A stretch of 53,485 nt of DNA from Nodularia phage vB_NspS-kac68v162, in the sequence record MK605246.1; one strand, given 5' to 3'. A model generated the notes under the pieces. That model searched no databases. It saw nothing but the letters and a program-made list of their open reading frames with translations, and was not told the origin of the DNA. The first letter of the stretch is position 1; every line of letters begins with the position of its first letter. The position numbers and the translations under genes were made by a program. Positions 47,397-53,485 of this stretch are shown in pieces.

Positions 47397-47658
47397 ACGC
47401 TATAGATATCAAAGTATGCGGCAACCAATCAACGTTGTCTGCGCCGCAAACAGAATCAACCATTTTATCTCTATTACTAAAGTCAAAGTGAGGGTAGTTA
47501 TCTTGCGAACTTTTCTTACACTTTTCAGGTGTTATAGCATCTACATTTCCCTTATAGTCATAGAAAACACCTTCAACTAGATCACCAAATATTTCCTCTT
47601 CAAAAGCTGTTAACTCATTACTGCTCATCTGTCTTACTTCCTTATAGTTCACAAACAT
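47308..47658 (-). CDS. Hypothetical protein
   Basis: ORF; similar layout to 47693-47983 product. Confidence 0.5.
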   Translation of the reverse strand: MFVNYKEVRQMSSNELTAFEEEIFGDLVEGVFYDYKGNVDAITPEKCKKSSQDNYPHFDFSNRDKMVDSVCGADNVDWLPHTLISIACESAWKSVNWLNVANRVKAELSDYWVIEI

Positions 47659-47692
47659 CTTACTGATTTAACCCCGTAGCACCTATTACGAT

Positions 47693-47983
47693 TTATTCAG
47701 GGTCATCAACTTCACCAGACCTGTACCTTATAAATTCCGCAATAATAGCTTCCCAGTTTGCTTGTCGCCAGAGTACACCCATAGCGGCTAATGCTAAAGG
47801 GCTACAAGCCCTATAGTGCGGATCACGTTCTGGTTTTCCTTCTAAGTAATCTACAGTTTTAGCAATCTGACTATTGCTGCTACCTAGTATTGCTTTACAG
47901 TTATCTGCTGTTAGAGGCAGATCATTGGGAATATAAGCCTCAAATAAATCCTGTAGTAATTCCTTTTCAAATGCGTTCATCAC
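47693..47983 (-). CDS. Hypothetical protein related to 47308-47658
   Basis: FEKELLQDLFEAYIPN... vs FEEEIFGDLVEGVFYD... Confidence 0.5.
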   Translation of the reverse strand: MMNAFEKELLQDLFEAYIPNDLPLTADNCKAILGSSNSQIAKTVDYLEGKPERDPHYRACSPLALAAMGVLWRQANWEAIIAEFIRYRSGEVDDPE

Positions 47984-48013
47984 TTTACCTCTGCGTTACT
48001 ACTTGTTTTATCA

Positions 48014-48036
48014 TAGCACCCCTACTATAATATATT
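48014..48036. promoter_or_regulatory. Operator/promoter site TAGCA-CCCC-TACTATAATATATT
   Basis: Half-matching palindrome fused to -10-like TATAATAT; near-copy at 38729-38750. Confidence 0.55.
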
Positions 48037-48065
48037 GCATAAAGGTAAAACAAAAGGTAAAACAG

Positions 48066-50204
48066 ATGTCACGCTTAGATTTAGATAAGTACAGCTACAC
48101 CACGCCGAAAATAGCCATGCTCTCGTGGTCACTACTAGCAGCAGCACTCGGAAGCGCGATCGCTTCTCACTACGGTAGTTACCCACATTCCTTAGATATG
48201 TGTTTCTATCCGGTAGCCGCACAGAAAAGAGATGCAAAAATAGAGCAATTAAGGATAGACAACTTAATTACAGAAATTTCAGACAAATCACCACAGCCGT
48301 CGCTAGGTACAAAACACTGTAATCCCGGACGTGGTGATATCGGGACTATACCAGCGTCTTATATAAAGAAAGCCCACAATGGTAGCTTGAATGATCGTGC
48401 ATCAGAACTAGCGCCAATTACTCAAGGTTTACGGGGTGGTTGGTTAAAACAGGTTTCAGAAGTGCCAGCCGAAAACCCATTTAAAATTCCTTTTGGTGCT
48501 GGTGCTATCGTTCTTGGTACAGGTGCGATATTTGCACTTAAGAAACAGCAGGATCAAGCTGGACAATTACGCCCGATGTACAGGGCTACTCAAAGGGGTG
48601 CAAGTCTACAGGCAGGTTATGCTTTAGCTCTGCATGAAGGAGATTTAAAGTTGTCGGCTGAGTTGATGCTTAATAAACTGCGTGGTTTACGTGAGAGTGA
48701 TGCTCGTATTATGTTCGCTCGGTCTGTAACTGATGAACAAGCCCACTTCATGCTGCAAGCTATGGACGAGGACGATTATCACTCGTTCGGTTACTTATTA
48801 GATAACGGGGCTAGTTTTAATAAGTTTCTAGCTCCTGCAACTACCCAAGAAGTTCAACTAGAAGCACAACCGGATTTTGTAGCCGAGCCTGTAGCTAACC
48901 AACCACCAGACGGTGAACCTGTCGATAAAGTAGAGTACACAAAAACTGCTGATATGCCAAGGGCTGATAAATATGAACCTTATCGCCAAATAGGTTTACA
49001 GATCCTCCAGCAAGCAGGTACACCCGGAAAATGTAAGGCTATTGTTGCACCATCGCGTACAGGAAAAACCACAGTTCTTTACTTCATGCTTGAGGAATCC
49101 TACAGAGTTCTAGGTGACAACCTAACTTGTTATGTGTGGCAAGGAAAGGGCATTGAGCCTATACACCCAAACATCCCACGTAAAAATCATAGTGGGTTCA
49201 CACTCAAGGAGTTTAACCTTGATGCACTTGATGCTGTCTGGGAGGAATACGAGTTACGTCAAGAATTACTAGAACAAGGACATCGTAACTTTGCTCCTAC
49301 ATTACTAATCATTACGGACTGGCAATCAATCAAGGATCAAATCTCCAGCTTCTCACCAAAAGAATTTAAGGAGATTCAGGCGAAACTGATGACCTTAATC
49401 AATAATGGTGCAGCTTTGGGTACAACAATTTGGTTAGATAGTCAGTCCCCTTCAATTGATGAGTGGGGTTTAGGGTCAAGCTCAATTCGTGACAACTTCG
49501 ATATCTTTGCCATTGCCAGGATAGGTAAAGATAAAAGCGGAGTACCAATGGGTGACACTAAATGTATTACCAAAATGGTAAACAATCCTTATTTAGTACC
49601 TGGTGAAAAAGATAGGGTACGATCGCTTGAGCAGTTCGGTGTACTGGTTGATGGTATGGAATCGGGACAAATCAAAACCTCTGTTATTCTCTCTACTGCT
49701 GGTATCGTGCGGTTGGGGATTACACCTGAGTTTGAGCGTAAGGTTTTACAGTTTCAAACTAAGCAGCCCGCAAGCGACTCCCAACCCACAGACACACCAA
49801 AAGAGGTAGAACGTAAGCCTAAAGAGCCTTTAGAGTTTCCGAAACCTAACCCTAGTCCAGAACCACTACCCAAACCAGAAGATAAGGTGAGGTCTTTATT
49901 AGCTGAGGGGAAAAATTACCGTCAGATTTGCGAAATTCTAGGAGGTAAACACCCTATAAAGCACACAGCAGCAATACTAGGTTCTATGTGTCGTATCGAT
50001 AAAATTGATATTTTATCAGTTAATGCCAAGAGTCTGCTAGATGTTCTACGTGGTGAAGGCTGGATAGAAATTGACAGCAGTAGATTTACAGAGCTAGTGT
50101 CCCCTCTGGGGTTTAGTGGTTATGATCTAGCCACTTACTTAGAGGAATTGGAACTGCTTACTTTTACTCAGGTTAAGGACGGTTGTGTAAGAGCCTTGTA
50201 TTAA
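48066..50204 (+). CDS. FtsK/VirD4-like membrane ATPase (start re-assigned from 48003)
   Basis: N-terminal hydrophobic segments; Walker A-like APSRTGKTT; LLIITDW; SQSPSIDEWGL. Confidence 0.75.
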   Translation: MSRLDLDKYSYTTPKIAMLSWSLLAAALGSAIASHYGSYPHSLDMCFYPVAAQKRDAKIEQLRIDNLITEISDKSPQPSLGTKHCNPGRGDIGTIPASYIKKAHNGSLNDRASELAPITQGLRGGWLKQVSEVPAENPFKIPFGAGAIVLGTGAIFALKKQQDQAGQLRPMYRATQRGASLQAGYALALHEGDLKLSAELMLNKLRGLRESDARIMFARSVTDEQAHFMLQAMDEDDYHSFGYLLDNGASFNKFLAPATTQEVQLEAQPDFVAEPVANQPPDGEPVDKVEYTKTADMPRADKYEPYRQIGLQILQQAGTPGKCKAIVAPSRTGKTTVLYFMLEESYRVLGDNLTCYVWQGKGIEPIHPNIPRKNHSGFTLKEFNLDALDAVWEEYELRQELLEQGHRNFAPTLLIITDWQSIKDQISSFSPKEFKEIQAKLMTLINNGAALGTTIWLDSQSPSIDEWGLGSSSIRDNFDIFAIARIGKDKSGVPMGDTKCITKMVNNPYLVPGEKDRVRSLEQFGVLVDGMESGQIKTSVILSTAGIVRLGITPEFERKVLQFQTKQPASDSQPTDTPKEVERKPKEPLEFPKPNPSPEPLPKPEDKVRSLLAEGKNYRQICEILGGKHPIKHTAAILGSMCRIDKIDILSVNAKSLLDVLRGEGWIEIDSSRFTELVSPLGFSGYDLATYLEELELLTFTQVKDGCVRALY

Positions 50205-50221
50205 TCCGACGATTGGGTATA

Positions 50222-50263
50222 AAAACAAACCTCCTTAGACCCGTATCTAAGGAGGTTTGTTTT
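50222..50263. terminator. Bidirectional terminator, 18-bp perfect stem
   Basis: AAAACAAACCTCCTTAGA-CCCGTA-TCTAAGGAGGTTTGTTTT. Confidence 0.95.
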
Positions 50264-50280
50264 GCACTAATAAAGTATAA

Positions 50281-51687
50281 TTAAGCGCTTTTAGCCTCAC
50301 CTGATTCCAAGCTACCCAACAACATGGGAAAGCATAAAGAACCGATTGCCACCAAGTCGCAGGGTTCAAACTTAGCACCGGGGTGTTTTGCATAAAGTAA
50401 TAGTCTCCAAGGTTCTACTACAGATACAACGTACATTCCAAACACTTGGTTAAAATCACTTTGGGATATGGTAGCTGAAAAGTAGCCATCATCCGCCTGC
50501 TTAACTTTTTGCTTGTAACCGGATCTACTTTTTATCTTTCTAATATTCCCGGATAATGCTTTATTATCCCTGTCGTCTGTAAGTAGTTGTCTCAGTAATT
50601 CATCTAAAGCCCATAGATAAGTAGCCTGCACCTTCTCAAAGTCCACTTCTAAAGCGAACACATCAAAATTAGCACCCTCAGCTATTTCAGAAGGTGTTAC
50701 TTTTATACAGGTAGTTTCAAGAAATTTAGAATAACCGGACACTATTGCGTCAACATCTATAGGTCGTTTAGCATCGGGATCTTCTGCCAGTTCTACACCT
50801 AAAGCAACCATAACAGTTCTGAGACTTATTGCAGCATCATTACCTCTGAGGAAATTACCACTCTGGAGTCTATTAGGCTCAAGTATGGGGAACTTACTAG
50901 CTAATGCTTTTGTCAGCAGTTCAGGATTTAGCTCATCTTCATTGTCTAGCAACTCCAACCCGTAGCATACCATATTATGAAACTTATTAGCCCGTTTGAC
51001 CCACTTGGCTATCATCTGCTTTGATATCTTTAATTTACTGGACATGGTGACGTTACTTTCACCACTCAACTTACCCGTAAGGATTTGCTTAAACATTTTC
51101 GGATATCGATCCAATAACTCAGGTGTTAGTTTATCAGCATTAGATAACTGGGCTTGTGACTGGGGTAGTTTACCAGCGTCATACAGTTCACCATATTTAT
51201 AGTTTAAATAGTCAAGGATGATATCAAACCCTTGATTACCTGTATTTTCTAAGATTTCAGGTGTCACTTTGTTGGAAAAACCACCATGAGCATGGTAGTG
51301 GAGAATTAAACCAACCAGCATCAAAAAGTAGTTAGGTTGTGTCGTGCCTTTTGTTGATTTCCCTGGGATTGAATAAAAATCGGATTTACTGATTCCTAAT
51401 AAATCACATAAAGTATCAATGCGAATACCTTTAGTTTGGCTAGGGAACGGTACGCCTAAATAACCAAGTAAATGATCACAGAAGTGAGAGCATTCCCATT
51501 TCTGGATTAATTTACCTTCTTGCAGTTTGTCATCAAGATGAAAAAGGTCATACCTTACTTCTTTTGAATATCGAAAGGTTTCTTGAAGAATTATGATCTT
51601 ATCTTCTGGTGGGTGTTCAGCCATCCATTCTCGAAGCTTGCTGATAGTGTACTGGACTTCTAGCGGTTGTATAATTGTAGCGGTCAT
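50281..51687 (-). CDS. Unknown protein with HTH segments
   Basis: LCDLLGISKSDFYSIPG; MSSKLKISKQMIAKWVKRANKFH. Confidence 0.65.
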   Translation of the reverse strand: MTATIIQPLEVQYTISKLREWMAEHPPEDKIIILQETFRYSKEVRYDLFHLDDKLQEGKLIQKWECSHFCDHLLGYLGVPFPSQTKGIRIDTLCDLLGISKSDFYSIPGKSTKGTTQPNYFLMLVGLILHYHAHGGFSNKVTPEILENTGNQGFDIILDYLNYKYGELYDAGKLPQSQAQLSNADKLTPELLDRYPKMFKQILTGKLSGESNVTMSSKLKISKQMIAKWVKRANKFHNMVCYGLELLDNEDELNPELLTKALASKFPILEPNRLQSGNFLRGNDAAISLRTVMVALGVELAEDPDAKRPIDVDAIVSGYSKFLETTCIKVTPSEIAEGANFDVFALEVDFEKVQATYLWALDELLRQLLTDDRDNKALSGNIRKIKSRSGYKQKVKQADDGYFSATISQSDFNQVFGMYVVSVVEPWRLLLYAKHPGAKFEPCDLVAIGSLCFPMLLGSLESGEAKSA

Positions 51688-51733
51688 TGTTTTTTTTCTC
51701 TTGTTGTAGTGATTACTTATTTTAGCGGTAGTG

Positions 51734-52264
51734 TTATGTTTTGATCAAGTATGGCTTCTGCAATATTGGCAGGTATGCTTGGTAAACATAATGAGCAAGT
51801 AGAAAGCTTTCTGCCAAATTACTAGACTCGGCGATCGCTCCTCCTCTTTTTTTGCTTAATCCGTGGGGAGGGTAAACTAGCCCCATATTTTTAGCGAGAG
51901 CAATTGACAGGTTCTTGTTGGAAGTTAACCCCCATTTAGCTTTCCAGTCTTGCGGTTTAGCTGTAGCCAGATCGACGTGAGGCTCATTATCAATTTGAGC
52001 AATTAAATTTACAGCAGATCCAAAAGTCATCGCTCCTTTAGTCCCCTGGTTAAAGCTATAAATAGCCTCAGCCATAAATTTAATCTGCGGGTAGGTTCTA
52101 AGCCAATCAATAGTAGCCACAATGTTTACTGCTATCGCATTCTTGTACTTAACTGGAATTAGTGGCAATAGTTTTAGCTCCACTGTCCTACCTTGTTCAT
52201 CCAAAATAACAATCCAACCGTCATTCACCTGGCTATCCATACCAGCAAAGTATATTTCGCTCAT
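51734..52264 (-). CDS. RuvC-like Holliday junction resolvase
   Basis: FAGMDSQ..GWIVI, FMAEAI, GSAVNLI, KPQDWKAKWGLTSNK, NLAESFLLAHY. Confidence 0.8.
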   Translation of the reverse strand: MSEIYFAGMDSQVNDGWIVILDEQGRTVELKLLPLIPVKYKNAIAVNIVATIDWLRTYPQIKFMAEAIYSFNQGTKGAMTFGSAVNLIAQIDNEPHVDLATAKPQDWKAKWGLTSNKNLSIALAKNMGLVYPPHGLSKKRGGAIAESSNLAESFLLAHYVYQAYLPILQKPYLIKT

Positions 52265-52301
52265 TTATCTCGCCTGTTTCAACTATCTCAATACCATATC
52301 A

Positions 52302-52315
52302 TAGCATTGTTGCTA
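52302..52315. promoter_or_regulatory. Operator-like palindrome TAGCA-TTGT-TGCTA
   Basis: Identical to 10929-10942; upstream of resolvase gene. Confidence 0.6.
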
Positions 52316-52334
52316 GAATATACTAAATAAAAAA

Positions 52335-52357
52335 GACCGCAGTTGTTAGCTGCGGTC
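52335..52357 (-). terminator. Terminator
   Basis: GACCGCAG...CTGCGGTC, T-tract on minus strand. Confidence 0.85.
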
Positions 52358-52384
52358 ATTCCTTGCTGTTATTTAGAGGCAAAT

Positions 52385-53440
52385 TTAGAAAGGTACGTCG
52401 TTGGGGTCAGGTTCAGCAGTTCCAACACCAACACCTACAGGTACTTTTTCCTCAGCTACAGGTACAGCGTCAACAGGTAAAGTTTGTTGTGCTGTCACTG
52501 GTGTAGCTTGCACATTCAAAGTAGCCGCAAGGGGTGAAGCTGATTTACTTGGGTTAATAGCTGGTGCTTGCATTGCGGCTGGTTGTGCAGATTTTAATTG
52601 CGCTGCTAGGGCAATTTGAGGCAGCCTTACATTCAAGTAAGCTTTACCAGCCTCCAGGTTGGCGAATACACGACCAATGGGGCGAACACCACCATTGGAC
52701 ATTACATCATCTGACTCATGAGTGAGAATAATGCTTCCGGGTTTACCCTTAGCCGCTAATGCAAGAATACTGGAATCTTGATCACCATTGTTTGTAATGG
52801 CTTTGCCAAAAAAGGAACCCTTGGAAGCATTGACAATGTAAGATTCCTTGGTTTCCACATTGACAGCCTTAAACCGCCAGTTTTGGATTTTAATTTGCTG
52901 TCCAGCGCGATCACCTTTCTTAGCCGTGATAGTTCTATCTTCCCATTCAATTTGACTAACCTCATACCCACCGTAAGGTAACTCCTTTAACTGAGTAAAG
53001 TTAGCACCCTCACCTATAGCACCTACAGCAGGTGAGCTAATCAGGCGAGAGTAAAGCTCGCTCATATCTGCTGAGGTTGCAAAAATCTTGACAATTTCCT
53101 CAGAAGCTTTTTCTACATCACGGTTAGTAGCAATCGAGAAGGATAGTTTATTGCCATCTTTCTTAACTTGTCCTGCTACGTTGAAATCAAACGAGAAGCA
53201 AGCATACTCTCGTTTGTCTTCTCCAACCTTAACTTCAAGAATTTCGGGAATGATTTTATCACCTGCTACTTGGAACACGTCAAGTAAAGGGAGTTTCCAA
53301 TCACCTGTGGTAAAGTAAAGGTGCGTTTGTTCGTTCTCGTCTTTACCGTTGCGGAAAGCTGGACTAATTACATACTTGACTTGAAACTGATCATCAATGG
53401 AATATTTAAGCAATTCCACATCTTCAGCAATGCCGAACAT
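52385..53440 (-). CDS. Putative ssDNA-binding/replication-associated protein with SSB-like acidic tip
   Basis: C-terminus ...TAEPDPNDVPF; Ala/Pro-rich linker. Confidence 0.5.
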   Translation of the reverse strand: MFGIAEDVELLKYSIDDQFQVKYVISPAFRNGKDENEQTHLYFTTGDWKLPLLDVFQVAGDKIIPEILEVKVGEDKREYACFSFDFNVAGQVKKDGNKLSFSIATNRDVEKASEEIVKIFATSADMSELYSRLISSPAVGAIGEGANFTQLKELPYGGYEVSQIEWEDRTITAKKGDRAGQQIKIQNWRFKAVNVETKESYIVNASKGSFFGKAITNNGDQDSSILALAAKGKPGSIILTHESDDVMSNGGVRPIGRVFANLEAGKAYLNVRLPQIALAAQLKSAQPAAMQAPAINPSKSASPLAATLNVQATPVTAQQTLPVDAVPVAEEKVPVGVGVGTAEPDPNDVPF

Positions 53441-53485
53441 TCCAGCAAGCTTAACAATTGCAGAAGCCCCAGCCCCTTTGATGTT

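Overview
The window looks like part of a large extrachromosomal element (plasmid, or possibly a phage or phage-plasmid) of a filamentous cyanobacterium. This is inferred from many GCGATCG(C) (HIP1-like) sites, plasmid/phage-style replication genes and a high density of small unknown genes. Recognisable core genes: a divergent family-A DNA polymerase with 3'-5' exonuclease, a DnaX-like clamp-loader ATPase, a RuvC-like resolvase, a protein with an SSB-like C-terminal tip, a DHH phosphoesterase, a FtsK/VirD4-like membrane ATPase, an AlkB-like dioxygenase, a GH24 lysozyme fused to an L,D-transpeptidase-like domain, KilA-N and AntA/MSV199-type regulators, an FHA protein, and a tRNA-Met(CAT)-like gene. 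It is rich in OMEGA-type RNA-guided nucleases: an intact TnpB (773-1960), a decayed TnpB (about 2009-2619), a TnpB with a rearranged catalytic site that splits a KilA-N gene (6761-8044), and an IS607-family element (TnpA+TnpB) whose tnpB is interrupted by an intact IscB element with an upstream omega-RNA candidate. Removing about 22432-23957 restores a 440-codon tnpB frame. The IscB guide would then be copied from tnpB's own conserved coding sequence. Other notable signals: a repeated TAGCA-N4-TGCTA palindrome at promoters of several operons, a recurrent AAAGGTAAAACA pre-start leader, an in-frame amber codon inside a zinc-ribbon gene, two TnpB-type RNA/right-end relics without protein, and a polymerase lacking the usual motif-A Glu. 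All calls were made by eye; no database search or folding was run.
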